A stretch of DNA of 64,000 nt from Elusimicrobiota bacterium (GTDB lineage Bacteria > Elusimicrobiota > Elusimicrobia > UBA1565 > UBA9628): the NCBI GenBank assembly GCA_016191335.1, contig JACPOW010000076.1, forward strand, positions 24 to 64,023. The letters run 5' to 3'. Of the stretch, positions 10,401-18,553 are shown piece after piece. The notes under the pieces are model-generated. The model worked only from the letters and a program-made list of their open reading frames with translations. It was not told the DNA's origin and ran no database searches. Each line of letters begins with the position of its first letter. Within the stretch, counting starts at the first letter, position 1. Both the position numbers and the translations under genes were made by a program.

Positions 10401-13400
10401 GAGGCCGCGAGGTCCACCGGAGTCGCCACCACGGCCGGCAAGGTCCCGGTCTGACCGGCGGGTACGGAGATGGAGTTCGCTGTCGCAGAGGCCGCGACCA
10501 CTCCGCCCGCGATCACTTCCGCGAGAGCGGGCCCCACCGTCAACGATTGGGCCGAAGCGTTGACGGCCCTGAGCGTCAGAGCGTCGAAGAAGCCGCGCGT
10601 GAGCGTCGGCGCTGAGAGGCCCAAAGTCACGGCCGGGACCGTCGCGCGAGCCTTGGGGCCTTCCAAGCCGCGCGCGTCCACGGCGGAGACTTCGTAGATA
10701 TGCGCCCCGCTGGTGAAGCTCACGTCCTCATAGGAGGCACCCGCGTGGAGGCTGGAGCTGATGCGGCTTCCGTCGCGATAGACGCGATAAGCGACGACGT
10801 CCGCCTCGGGGGCGGTCCAGGTCAGGGACGCCGCGTCCGCGATCTTGACGGCGAGCGAGAGAGGCGCCCCGGGGGCGGCGTCCACGGAGAAGGAGATCGT
10901 CTGCGACGCCACGTTGCCCGCCTCGTCCGTCGCGGAGAGAAGGAGGCGGTAGGCGCCGTCGCGGGAGATCAGGTCCCCGGAGCGGTACGCCACGGTGCTG
11001 CCCATAGTGTCGTTGACGAGGAGGAAGCTCGACGCGGCGAGGTGCAGGTCGGAGGCCGAGACCGTGAAGGAGGAGGCGCCGACGAGCAAGGCGCCCTCGG
11101 CCACGCCCGCCGAGAGGGCCGGGGCCGTCTTGTCCAGGGTGAAGGCCACAGTGACCGTCGCGCTGTGGCTCTCGAAGTCGGTCGCCGTGATCGAGAGCGC
11201 GTGCGCGCCCTCTCCGGAGACGGTCGAGCCGGAGGCGAAGGCCTGGCCGTCGAGCAAGGAGACGATCGAGGCGGGGTTCAGGTTCGCGTCGGTCACGGTG
11301 AAGGCGATCACGAGGTCCTGAGCCGACATCTGGCCGTTCTCCACGCCGACGATCTCGATCGTCGGCGCGGCCTGGTCGAAGTCCAAAGTCGCCGTGTTCG
11401 ACGGGATGCTCTCGTTGCCGGCCGCGTCGCGGGCCGTGACCACGTAGCGGTAGGTCCCGTCGCCGGTCGGCGAGTCGATGAAGGGCGAGACCGCCGTGCG
11501 CGGCACGAGGCCGACCAAGGTCGTGATCGGGAAGGTGGCGCGGTACAGGCGGTAGTTGGCCGTGTCGGCGCCGCCCTGCGTCCAGGTGAGCTGGATCTGG
11601 CTGAAGCCGTTGAGGGAGGCGGCGAGGGACTGCGGCTCGACCGGCGGGATGGAGTCCGCGGTGCCGGAGACCGCGGCGTCCGCGCTCGCGTTGCCGGCCG
11701 CGTCGACGGCGGAGATGAGGTAGGCGTGCGGGCCGTCGGCGGCGAAGTCGGAGAAGGCGCCGGTGCGGTCCACCGCGGGAGCGACGGTCGTGATCTGGAC
11801 GGCGTCGCGCAGGACGCGGTAGTGGACCGGCAGTTCGCCCGAGTTGCCGCTCCAGGAGAGGTTGATGACGCCGCCGGGGGCGGGGTTGGCGTGGGGCAGG
11901 ATCGGCGGGTTGGGCGCCAGCGTGTCCACCACGAACGAGGTGGCGGCTCCGGTCAGGATGGAGGAGGCGTTGCCCAAGGCGTCGGTCGCGGAATAGGCGA
12001 AGAGCGCCGTGCCCTGAGGCGTATTGGCGGCGACCGTCAGTTCCGCGGTCCAGGTCCGGCCGTCGAGCGCTCCCGCTTCGCCGACGCTCAGCGCTTGAGC
12101 GGCGCCGCCGTTCGGCGTCCAGGACAAGGCCGGGGCGGAGGCGGCCGGCTCATCGAGCGTCAAGGTCACGCCCAGGGCCCCGGCGTTTATGGGAGACGCG
12201 CGCGAGAGCGCGACCTCGGCGACAGGGCCGCGCGTGTCGAGCGCCACGGTGGCGCCGGAGGTGAGGACCGTGCCCACGTTCGCGGCGAGGTCGCGTCCCT
12301 CGAAGGCGAAGCTCGCGACGCCCGGGTTCATCTCCCCCGTTACGGTCAAGGTTCCGCGCCACACCGTCCCCGTCACGCCGTCCAAGGTCTGGGCCGCGGG
12401 CGAGCCCTGGTAAGGGGTGAAGGTGAGCACCGGGACCGCGGAGAGCACCTCGCTGAGGGTCAAGGTGAACGGGTAAGCGCCGGGCCCGAGGACCGGCGCC
12501 GTCGTTAACGTCACGCGCGCGCTGGGCGCATTGCGGTCGACGAAGGCGTACGGAGCGTCCGACAAGAGGCTTTCGTTGGCCGCGCCGTCGAGCGCGGTCA
12601 CCGCGTAGAAGTACAGGTCGTCGGCCGGGGGCGTGTCCGTGAACTCGAGCGCCGTGATCCCGTTGCCCACGAGGAAGGCGTAGCCCGGCGCGGCGTCGCC
12701 GGGGATCAGGTCGAGGTCGTCGGTGGAGCGGTAGACGCGGTAGGAGGCCGCGGCCTTGCCGGGTCCCGCCTGCCAGGCGATCTTGGCCCGTCCGCCGGAG
12801 AGCAAGGCCGTCTGGACCAGGATCGGAGGGTTCGGAGCCGTCGTGGTATAGGTCAGATGAACGGGCGCCGACGGGCCGCTGAAGCCGCGCGGCTCGAAGG
12901 CGAGGGCGGTCAAGGTCAGCTCCCCCTCCGCGGGAAGCAGGACGAAGGCGCCCCAATACCCCGAGCCTCCGACCTGGACCGAGGCGAGGTCCACGCCGCC
13001 GATCTGGAGCTGGACGGTCGTCCCGACGGGTGCGGTGCCGGTGACGGTCACGGTCGCGGAGTTGGTGACGAAGCCGTCCGCCGGGGAGGAGATGACGGGC
13101 GCGGCGGGCGGGGCGTAGTTCACGGTGACGGCGCGCGCCACGGTCGCCGAGGACCCGAAGGCGTCGAACGCCGTCGCGCTGACGGTCCGCGCGCCGTCGA
13201 CGACGCCGACGAGGTTCCAGAGGACCTCGAACGGGGCCTGGGTGGACGACGCGAACAGGGAGCCGTCCACGCGGTAGTCGACGCGGACGACGCCGGTGTT
13301 GTCCGTGACCGACGGCGTCAGGTAGCGCGGGCGGGAGACTATCGCGCCCTCGTTCAGGTCGAAGGCGGAGATCACGGGCGGGACGGGGTCGAAGAGGAAG

Positions 13401-16400
13401 GTGTTCGACGCGTAGGAGCGGTTGTCGACGGCGTCCTCCGCGTAGACGCGGTAGTAGGCCGCGCCGGCGCCGACCGGGACGGTGACGGTCACGGTCGAGC
13501 CCGGGGCCTGGGCGGCGACGACCGTCGTCGAGGCGTCCGCGCCGAACAGGCCGCTCGGGGAGCTCACGAGAAGCTGACGCGCGACGCCGGAGAAGTCGTC
13601 GCTCGGGGCGGTCCAGGCCAGGTCCAACTCGCCCGCCTGGGGCCGGTAGTCCGTGAAGCGCAGGTCGGCGATCGCGGACGGCGGCGTCAGGTCGTAGGGC
13701 GCCGTCGTGAAAACGTAGGCGCTGAGCAGGCCGGAGCCGTGAGCGGCGCGCACGCGGTAGTGGTAGTCGCCGGCGACGCCCGGGAAGTCGATGTAGGCGG
13801 TCGTGGGCGTGGAGGCGATGACGACGTACTCGCCGTCGGCGGCGGTGGCGCGCTCGACGCGGTAGTCGAGGGCGGGCGTGGCCCCGGCGGAGGCGCCCCA
13901 CGTCAGCTCGACGAGGCCGGTCTGGCGGTCGACGGCGGCGGAGACGGCGCCGGGCGCCGCGGGCGGCTCGGCGAAGGAGGCGACGCGCAGGGGGGCCGAG
14001 GCGGAGCTCTCTCCCCGGGCCTCGAACGCGACGGCGGTCAGGAGGTAGTCCCCCCGGCCGGGGAAGGCGGCCTCGGGCAGGCTCCACTGGCCGATCACGT
14101 CGACGGCCGAGGCGCCGAGGAAGGCGGCGTCGGCGTAGACGCTGACCCCGGTGAGCAGCGGGGCGTAGCCCTGGACCGTGAAGGTCGTCGCGAGCGTCGA
14201 GAAGCCGTCGGACGGGACGAAGACCGTGGGCGGGACCGGCGTCGAGTAGGCGACGGTGACCGAGCGGGAGATCGACGTCTGGTTGCCGTCGTCGTCCGTG
14301 GCGACGGCGGCGAGCGTATGGGGACCGTCGGTCTCGCTCCGGACGTCCCAGAAGAACTGATGGCTGACGGTCGTCGTCGCGCGCGCGATGCCGTCCACCT
14401 CGAAGCGCACGGATGCGGAGGTGAAGTCGTCGGAGGCGTTGGTGATGACCGTGTACGGGCGCGACAAGGTCTCGCCCTCCGCGGGCTGGACGAAGGACAC
14501 CGAGGGCGGCGTCGCGTCGAAGCGGACGGACTGGACGCCCGAGAGCGGGCTCTCCCCGCCGAGCTCGCCGAGGGAGGAGACGGTGTAGAAGTAGAACGCC
14601 GAGGCGCCGGGGAAGTCCGCGTAGGCCGTGTCCGTCGTGCCGCCGAGAAGGGCCAGGTTTCCAACCTCGGTGCCGCGGTAGACGCGGTAGGAGGCCGGGG
14701 CCGGCTCCGGCGCGGTCCAGGACAAAGTCACCTTCGCCTCGGCGCGGCTGAACAGCGCCGTCACGTTGAAAGGAGGCTGCAGCGCGCCGCTCGAGGTGCG
14801 CGTCGAGCCGGACGGGGAGAAGTCGGAGAGCGTGAGCCCCAGGTTGTAGGCGCGCACGCGCGCGGTGTAGTCGGTGCCGGGGGCCAGGCCCATGGCCGTG
14901 TAGGTCGAGCCGCGGTGATAGAAGCCGACGGGCAGCGGCGTGCTGACGTGGGAGGCGAAGCCGTCGGTCGACAGCGACAGCTCGTAGCTCGCGTCGGGGC
15001 CGTTGCCGCCGTCCGTCCAGGACCAGGTCACGCTGGTCTCGAACACCTCCGCGGCGGCGACCGCGCCGGGGACGGCGGGGTCCGCCGCGGACCAGGCGCA
15101 GCTGTACTCGCCCGCGATCAGCAGGTTGACGCCGGCCACGCACAGGAACCGGCTTCCCGCCGGCGTCAGCCCCGCGTCTATGTAGGAAGTCGTGTTGACG
15201 GAGGCGAAAGGCGGGGTGTCGGTGGAGGTCGCCAGGAAGTAGGCGGTGGCGCCTTGCGCGGCGTTCCAGGACCACGCGATCGAGGACACGCCGAGGGCCT
15301 GGCCCGCGAAGCCGGAGGGCGGCGGCGGGCCGACATTGCCGGTCGGGCCGTCCCAGGTGAACGTCGTCTCGGCCGGGGCGGCTTCGTGGCCGACGAAGTC
15401 GCCGGTGAGCGCCAGGATCCGGTAATGATGGCCCTGCACCAGCCGCTCGTCGAGGCGGCCGAAGTTCCCGTCGTTGACGCTCGAGATGCGCACCGACCAC
15501 ACGAGGTCGCTCGGGATCCCCATGAACTCCGAGTACGCGAACTCGGGGGCGACCGCGGCCGTGGTCCAGCCCGGCAAAGAGGAGTCCCACCACAGGCCAG
15601 CGTCGGTGTCCTGGAAGGCCAGCTTGACGTCCTGATTGACGCCGTTGGCGTCCGACGCGGAGCCCTCGACGGCCGGCAGGGCGGCGATGGTGGAGCCCGC
15701 GACGGGGAAGGACACCCCGACGGCCGGGGCGACGGTGTCGAGGCCGATCGTGAAGTCGATGCCGGAGGCGGACGCGCCCGGGGCCAAGGAGACCGGCGCG
15801 AAGGCGTGATAGAAGCCGATCGGCGTCGAGGGGTCGATGGAGTCCGGGTCCTCTCCGAGGAAGGCGCCGATCGCGTAGTCGCCGGGGGTCTCGATGGCGA
15901 CGGAGAAGGGCACCGACGCGCCGCCGGTCGAAGGGACGGCGACGAGGAAGGTCGCCGCGTTGAAGCCGTCCGCCGAGGCGACGATGGTCACGGTCGAGCC
16001 GAAGGGCGCACCCCCCTCGACGACCACGGAGCCCTCGAGCGTCCCTTCCGAGAGCACGGCGCAGGAGGGAAGGCCGTCGGAGCCGGGGACGGACTGCGCG
16101 CCGACGAAGGCGCCCGGCGTCGAGCCGTACACGACCCAGGGCGCGTCGCCCGCGTCGAGCGCGATGCCGGTCATGTTGAGGGACTCGTCGGTGCGGGGGT
16201 AGCCCGGCTCGAGCCCTCCGAAGCGGTCGTAGGACCAGACCGCCGCCGTGTCAGAGGAGCGGCCCAGGACCCAGGGGCTCCCGTCGGAGGCCAACGCGAT
16301 GCTCCGTCCGTTCGAGGCGGTCTCCGCGGTGTTGTGCCAGTAGCGCTGGAGCTCGACGGTCCCGTTCATGTCGAAGCGGAACAGGGCCTGCTGCCGCTGG

Positions 16401-17242
16401 TCTCCGCAACCGGGGAACAATTGGGAGGCCGTGACCCAGACCTTGTCCCCCGCCGCGATCACGATGCCCGGCTCGATCTCGTCGAGCGTCGCGTACGCCG
16501 ACCCGCGATACACCGGGAAGCCGTTCCGCGGGTTCCCGTCCTGGTCGTAGCGCCACAGCGCCAGGTCGTACGCCGTCGCGCCCGGGGCCAGGCTGACGCC
16601 CGCCGACCAGACGTCGCCGGAGGAGTCCACCGCGACGGAGAGGGCGCCGTCGAGCACGCCCTCCGCGCGGCGCTGGTATTTAGGGAAGCCGGACGACATG
16701 GAGCCGTCCGGCTCGAAGCGCCAGAGGGCGAAGCGGATGCTGCCCGTCGAGTCGATCACCTGGGGCGCCGTGACCCAGGCGCGGCTGGAGCCGTCCACCG
16801 CGACGCCGCCCGAGTAGATGTCGTGGTCGCCGTACACCGCCGCCGAGCTGATCAAGGTGAGCCCGTCGGCGGAGACGTGCCAGACGCCGAACCCGGCGGG
16901 GCCGCCGTCGCTGGCGCCGCCGCTCACCCAGGCGTCGCCGTCCGGGCCGGAGGCGATGGCGAAGCTCGCGTCCTGCGCGGCGCTGGACAAGGAGACCTCT
17001 CCGGCCAGGGAGCCGCCGGAGTCGAAGCGGCGCAGCGTGAACGAGCCGGCCGCGTCCGAGACGACGACCCACTGCCGTCCCGACGCGTCGCGGTGGAAGG
17101 CGTGGGAGCCGTTCTGCGCGCGCGCGGGCGCGGCGAGGAGGAGCAGAGCCGCGGCCGCCGGGAGGATCAGGGACGCGAAAAAAGCCGGGACCCTCCCTCT
17201 CGGGGGGCGCTCGGCGCGGACGGCGGGCACGGCAAACGGCAT
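4487..17242 (-). CDS. Giant secreted Rhs/YD-repeat polymorphic toxin (4251 aa)
   Basis: Single uninterrupted ORF. It begins with a signal peptide (..LLLLAAPARA/QNG) and SBBP-like repeats (DAWVSGG, RAWVTAP, DVWSAGV, KVWVTAS, SPWVLGRS). Many Ig/FN3/CARDB/carboxypeptidase-regulatory-like modules follow, then a 13-Gly run. Dozens of YD repeats come next (YDAQDRMTQITYPNGGHTNFVYDASGKVIE, YDALGRRTQMNYPNGTRTSYAYDAAGQ...). The canonical core end is YRARHYYQDIGRFLQEDP..NNPILLADPLGL, followed by a 152-aa tail. Confidence 0.95.
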   Translation of the reverse strand: MPFAVPAVRAERPPRGRVPAFFASLILPAAAALLLLAAPARAQNGSHAFHRDASGRQWVVVSDAAGSFTLRRFDSGGSLAGEVSLSSAAQDASFAIASGPDGDAWVSGGASDGGPAGFGVWHVSADGLTLISSAAVYGDHDIYSGGVAVDGSSRAWVTAPQVIDSTGSIRFALWRFEPDGSMSSGFPKYQRRAEGVLDGALSVAVDSSGDVWSAGVSLAPGATAYDLALWRYDQDGNPRNGFPVYRGSAYATLDEIEPGIVIAAGDKVWVTASQLFPGCGDQRQQALFRFDMNGTVELQRYWHNTAETASNGRSIALASDGSPWVLGRSSDTAAVWSYDRFGGLEPGYPRTDESLNMTGIALDAGDAPWVVYGSTPGAFVGAQSVPGSDGLPSCAVLSEGTLEGSVVVEGGAPFGSTVTIVASADGFNAATFLVAVPSTGGASVPFSVAIETPGDYAIGAFLGEDPDSIDPSTPIGFYHAFAPVSLAPGASASGIDFTIGLDTVAPAVGVSFPVAGSTIAALPAVEGSASDANGVNQDVKLAFQDTDAGLWWDSSLPGWTTAAVAPEFAYSEFMGIPSDLVWSVRISSVNDGNFGRLDERLVQGHHYRILALTGDFVGHEAAPAETTFTWDGPTGNVGPPPPSGFAGQALGVSSIAWSWNAAQGATAYFLATSTDTPPFASVNTTSYIDAGLTPAGSRFLCVAGVNLLIAGEYSCAWSAADPAVPGAVAAAEVFETSVTWSWTDGGNGPDASYELSLSTDGFASHVSTPLPVGFYHRGSTYTAMGLAPGTDYTARVRAYNLGLTLSDFSPSGSTRTSSGALQPPFNVTALFSRAEAKVTLSWTAPEPAPASYRVYRGTEVGNLALLGGTTDTAYADFPGASAFYFYTVSSLGELGGESPLSGVQSVRFDATPPSVSFVQPAEGETLSRPYTVITNASDDFTSASVRFEVDGIARATTTVSHQFFWDVRSETDGPHTLAAVATDDDGNQTSISRSVTVAYSTPVPPTVFVPSDGFSTLATTFTVQGYAPLLTGVSVYADAAFLGASAVDVIGQWSLPEAAFPGRGDYLLTAVAFEARGESSASAPLRVASFAEPPAAPGAVSAAVDRQTGLVELTWGASAGATPALDYRVERATAADGEYVVIASTPTTAYIDFPGVAGDYHYRVRAAHGSGLLSAYVFTTAPYDLTPPSAIADLRFTDYRPQAGELDLAWTAPSDDFSGVARQLLVSSPSGLFGADASTTVVAAQAPGSTVTVTVPVGAGAAYYRVYAEDAVDNRSYASNTFLFDPVPPVISAFDLNEGAIVSRPRYLTPSVTDNTGVVRVDYRVDGSLFASSTQAPFEVLWNLVGVVDGARTVSATAFDAFGSSATVARAVTVNYAPPAAPVISSPADGFVTNSATVTVTGTAPVGTTVQLQIGGVDLASVQVGGSGYWGAFVLLPAEGELTLTALAFEPRGFSGPSAPVHLTYTTTAPNPPILVQTALLSGGRAKIAWQAGPGKAAASYRVYRSTDDLDLIPGDAAPGYAFLVGNGITALEFTDTPPADDLYFYAVTALDGAANESLLSDAPYAFVDRNAPSARVTLTTAPVLGPGAYPFTLTLSEVLSAVPVLTFTPYQGSPAAQTLDGVTGTVWRGTLTVTGEMNPGVASFAFEGRDLAANVGTVLTSGATVALDTRGPVAEVALSRASPINAGALGVTLTLDEPAASAPALSWTPNGGAAQALSVGEAGALDGRTWTAELTVAANTPQGTALFAYSATDALGNASSILTGAATSFVVDTLAPNPPILPHANPAPGGVINLSWSGNSGELPVHYRVLRDAVQITTVAPAVDRTGAFSDFAADGPHAYLISAVDAAGNASADAAVSGTADSIPPVEPQSLAASLNGFSQIQLTWTQGGADTANYRLYRATFPITTLVGLVPRTAVSPFIDSPTGDGTYRYVVTARDAAGNESIPSNTATLDFDQAAPTIEIVGVENGQMSAQDLVIAFTVTDANLNPASIVSLLDGQAFASGSTVSGEGAHALSITATDFESHSATVTVAFTLDKTAPALSAGVAEGALLVGASSFTVSASDLHLAASSFLLVNDTMGSTVAYRSGDLISRDGAYRLLLSATDEAGNVASQTISFSVDAAPGAPLSLAVKIADAASLTWTAPEADVVAYRVYRDGSRISSSLHAGASYEDVSFTSGAHIYEVSAVDARGLEGPKARATVPAVTLGLSAPTLTRGFFDALTLRAVNASAQSLTVGPALAEVIAGGVVAASATANSISVPAGQTGTLPAVVATPVDLAASAAVRLTLALPTDPGSAVSLTRLFSVTAAEPVQPLIEALPDVLLAGGLSPVRVRLYNRGSASMDIVTAQIANSTTAAVDDVTVRLRTTDGAVLASAGIKQTEGAAITLVAGRQIFFVTVPPGGSLLTDPVLVPVPGSAPGSLSIEAAVSTPTYDLGFVRIPGRRGFTSAVSQAVTQQLPYRALVAPQFAFYDQGSSVTLSGTAFDATGSTVANSLVAVRILSEGYDRRLTAVTNSSGAFTTVFNPLPNEAGLYSVSAFHPSAIAGSAQSTFTIVGFSYNYTSYKVALAQNSSFRFETILKNIGSEALTGIAITTPTESGTGLSVVLDNVPVSLAAGAETPIGVIISASPTASSGTVNVIATEQHGYFRTMPVVASVSPAVVIPAAEPQQFLVGVLGGETRLQTIVLRNQGFDTWRDLELSTPSLSFVTIQGPPHLGDIPPGGNVSVTLAIAPSISQPNQTYNPNPLLQVLSANMPALPILGSVAVTSTRKGGALVSVINADKPRTAQGQGEGIPGADVTLISLDVSGITFKVSADLNGVASFSDIPSGNYVWRAESSGFQAKSGTVVIEPGVSNVVEAILVTSVVTYEWKVTPTTIQDKYTIALQATFKTDVPAPVLVTDPPLIDIKMVGGQTAYSQFTITNRGLIKATKVKVNFAGSAAVQVTLPFTEIPEILPGQSVVVPVKLYLVHASCEGAQSTVVGTSECAAGNEEERSYPGLSFLLGNLDGMNCSGGGGGGGGGGGGGVSFAAPAVAIAAATPGVQSGSQCSVGPKTGHKGLSMPPLNPSALVDILRGAVNFVKSAFKKNCGSPGIGLDFRYLGNGSGGEYGVGWAADFGYDIRINPDGTYGVLGPDGSNTVYAPIGDLLQPLNGDGPLFARPVNVDRNISKPKDSPPVPCSGLVRFREHHGVQWSESSGGGCGSGGVVLGGNLSICPGPDPRPASCGGSGMVAPTYVVTTAQGEVESYEYYNSTGAYRLTQYADRNGSVIRYVRSNDGRVDRIEDSHGRYINLAYAGDRLTSATDWAGRVTAFEYDPQGRRILMRDPIGDETAYAYDAQDRMTQITYPNGGHTNFVYDASGKVIETNEDGGVNRVQYASFGSSATVTDALGHTTKYETIENNGLKRFSKIIDPADNVTTILYDEELNPREITDPLGRRTQIQTNYNADGSLANQARTDALGHRRMMTYERGNFLTSVYDAKNNLTSMGYDDKRNLIQITDAQNNSTRMSYDSFGHVVGMKDALGNVTSMAYNSNGALTSVTDPLGRTATTTRDNLSRATAFKDPANKQTSMAYDAVDNVTQVTDAENGVTVVTYDDGREGRLPKTVKDAKNHITTLNYDANARVTSAVNALNQAASISYDDKSRPESVTTRNNQIINFTYDTLDRLIQMSVPEGNITMTYDAVGRMLTASGYNGTILVLSYDAVDRVTEIVQTLPNGHSAVIGYGYDANGNRTSMATPWGIFNYTYDSLDRVTRITNPFGQIVTFTYDALGRRTQMNYPNGTRTSYAYDAAGQISQVLHQKTADQTAIAFNNYSYDASGNRTGMTDASGSHTYAYDQLNRLTGANHPAMSSLPVKAETFSYDAVGNRTADVERSGYSYNNANRIVSDSSFTYTSDANGNMASNTDQSNGHTTTFVYDSANRLVQVNASTYTIASYKYDPAGRRVEKNAGGNITRYVYDGQDVLATLDGNNNLIALFTHGSGIDSPLIVRRNMTDYFYHADALGNVNGLTDSSANTVEIYEYQAFGRTLVKDTGSGIYAQSQVGNPFMYTSREYDTETGLYFYRARHYYQDIGRFLQEDPISSINQYVYVDNNPILLADPLGLTPWTNLRFFIEWRYGLGKRYRYYDQNSVETQEMMRSPAANYLRQQFMAGGNTSKKGIEYDSFLAQADNLTNSSTSDWGSTAAQVGGFANASAINNGDGTVTYTIPNTAGMNSFFFHAVPNSPFSIGPMRNIYQEFKWTEKIPDKKPGKKQCD
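4490..4945 (-). other. C-terminal toxin domain (152 aa) of unrecognised family
   Basis: Sequence after DPLGL: TPWTNLRFFIEWRYGLGKRYRYYDQNSVETQEMMRSPAANYLRQQFMAGG...WGSTAAQVGGFANASAINNGDGTVTYTIPNTAGMNSFFFHAVPNSPF...KKQCD. I see no HNH, deaminase, ART, RNase or peptidase motif. This is the lowest-G+C coding DNA in the window. Confidence 0.6.
4946..7980 (-). other. Rhs/YD-repeat shell region ending at the DPLGL motif (start approximate)
   Basis: YD-repeat periodicity is visible from roughly ..YRLTQYADRNGSVIRYVR.. to DPLGL, which is encoded at 4960..4946. G+C here is visibly lower than in the upstream two-thirds of the gene. Confidence 0.7.
8171..8209 (-). repeat. 13-codon poly-glycine tract (GGN)13 between the adhesin-like region and the Rhs core
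   Basis: The reverse strand reads TGC AGC GGC GGC GGA GGG GGC GGG GGC GGC GGC GGC GGA GGC GGT GTT, giving C S G13 V. Confidence 0.95.
17117..17242 (-). other. Sec-type signal peptide of the Rhs protein (aa 1-42)
   Basis: MPFAVPAVRAERPPRGRVPAFFASLILPAAAALLLLAAPARA: a basic n-region, a hydrophobic core and an A-x-A cleavage motif. Confidence 0.6.
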
Positions 17243-17398
17243 CCTCGGCGTGATACTGTTTCTCGGCGATTAGAAACTTGCGACAGGTATAGCCTACCGG
17301 ATGAAACTAACGGGAATCTAACGGAGTGACGGAAATGCGACGGTTTTACGACGGAAGGATGACCGAGGGATGTGACCGTTCGGGCCTTGACAGTCTTT

Positions 17399-18094
17399 TT
17401 ACGGGAGGAGCCGGTAGCCGCAGCCGCGGATCGTTTCCAGGCAGGCCGCGCGGGCGCCGAGCTTGCGTCGCAAAGTGGAGAGGCGGGTCTCGAGCGTGTT
17501 GGGCGAGTGCCCATTCTCCCCCCACACCGTTTCATGGAGGTACGCCGCGCTGTGGACGACTCCGGGGCGGCGCAGGAAGATCATGAGGATCTCCGCTTCC
17601 TTCGGCTCCAGGTGCTCGACGCGCCCGTCCACCAGGAGGCGGCCGTCGACGGGATCGAACTGGAAACCGGGGCCGCTGACCAGCGGAGACCTCTCGGGCG
17701 CGCGGTTGAGGCGCAGGACGGCGAAGAGCCGCGCGTGGAACAGCTCCGCGGTGCAGGGCTTGGACAGGTAGTCGTCGGCGCCTCGCTCCAGGCCGGCGAT
17801 GACCTCGCGCTCGGCCTTGCGGCCGCTGAGGACGAGGACGGGCAGGTCCCGGGTCTCCTTATTAGAGCGGATGGCGCGCAGGAGGTCCAGGCCGTCGCCG
17901 TCCCCGAGGGTCCGGTCGAGGAGCACGGCGTCGAAGCGCGCGCGAGCGAGCTCCCGGCGAGCGGCGGCCAGGGAGTGAGCGGCGACGGAGTCGAAGGCCG
18001 GCTCGCGGATGTCGCGCAGCCAGAGGCGGATGAGATCCGCGTTCAGGCGGTCGTCTTCGACGACGAGGACGTTAAGCCGGGGAGGGGGCGGCAC
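17399..18094 (-). CDS. OmpR-family response regulator (receiver + winged-helix), no adjacent kinase
   Basis: Receiver motifs: VLVVEDD, phospho-acceptor context AVLLDRTLGDGDG, and YLSKP. The C-terminal trans_reg_C-like part reads LEPKEAEILMIFLRRPG...TLETRLSTLRRKL...IRGCGYRL. Confidence 0.9.
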   Translation of the reverse strand: MPPPPRLNVLVVEDDRLNADLIRLWLRDIREPAFDSVAAHSLAAARRELARARFDAVLLDRTLGDGDGLDLLRAIRSNKETRDLPVLVLSGRKAEREVIAGLERGADDYLSKPCTAELFHARLFAVLRLNRAPERSPLVSGPGFQFDPVDGRLLVDGRVEHLEPKEAEILMIFLRRPGVVHSAAYLHETVWGENGHSPNTLETRLSTLRRKLGARAACLETIRGCGYRLLP

Positions 18095-18175
18095 GTCCTG
18101 AGTGTATGTCTCTCCCCTCCGGGTGTCAATCCCAGAAACGATGCAAAGAACGCATACGGATGGTAATGATGAAGA

Positions 18176-18553
18176 TTACTCGCCGGCGCCGGTCTTTGAA
18201 GAGGCGAGCGTGTTCCGCCAAGGCCCCGCGTTCACGACCTCCTTGAACCCGTTCCTCGCGAGGACGGAGGCCGCCATCGCGCTGCGCGCGCCGGACGCGC
18301 AGCAGACGATCACCGGCTTGGACGGGTCGAGCTCCTTGACGCGCGACTCCAGGGAGCCCAAGGGGATGTTGAGGCTGCCCGGGCGCGCGCCCGCGGCGTA
18401 CTCCTCCGGGCCGCGCACGTCGACGACCACGGCGCCGCGGCGCAGCAGCTCGGGAAGGCGCGCCTTCGCCGCCCGGAACCTGAGGAAGCGCCAGCCGAAC
18501 CACGCCGCGATCGCGGCCGGCACGACGAACGGCTCCAGGGACGACGCGTCCAT
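18176..18553 (-). CDS. Single-domain rhodanese with N-terminal membrane anchor
   Basis: Start trimmed to the ATG at 18553 (MDASSLEPFVVPAAIAAWFGWRFL...), which overlaps the OsmC stop (TGATG). The rhodanese active-site loop is VIVCCASGARSAMAA. Confidence 0.8.
   Translation of the reverse strand: MDASSLEPFVVPAAIAAWFGWRFLRFRAAKARLPELLRRGAVVVDVRGPEEYAAGARPGSLNIPLGSLESRVKELDPSKPVIVCCASGARSAMAASVLARNGFKEVVNAGPWRNTLASSKTGAGE

Noticed and set aside
12150-15593. 1147-aa minus-strand alternative-frame ORF inside the Rhs gene
   Set aside because: Same-strand off-frame ORF with Arg/Pro-rich low-complexity sequence. It cannot coexist with the continuous Rhs frame.
8200-17100. Diversity-generating retroelement or other hypervariation mechanism acting on the repeated Ig/FN3 modules
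   Set aside because: I saw no reverse transcriptase gene, no template/variable repeat pair with adenine-specific differences and no near-identical DNA repeats. The modules are diverged at the DNA level.
8882-17329. Long plus-strand ORFs antisense to the Rhs gene (8882..10615, 10700..12508, 12857..17329; up to 1490 aa)
   Set aside because: Antisense shadows of a GC3-rich gene. They are extremely Arg/Gly/Asp/Glu-rich with no domain-like text, and they are fully contained within the 4251-aa ORF that has unmistakable Rhs/YD and Ig-like content.
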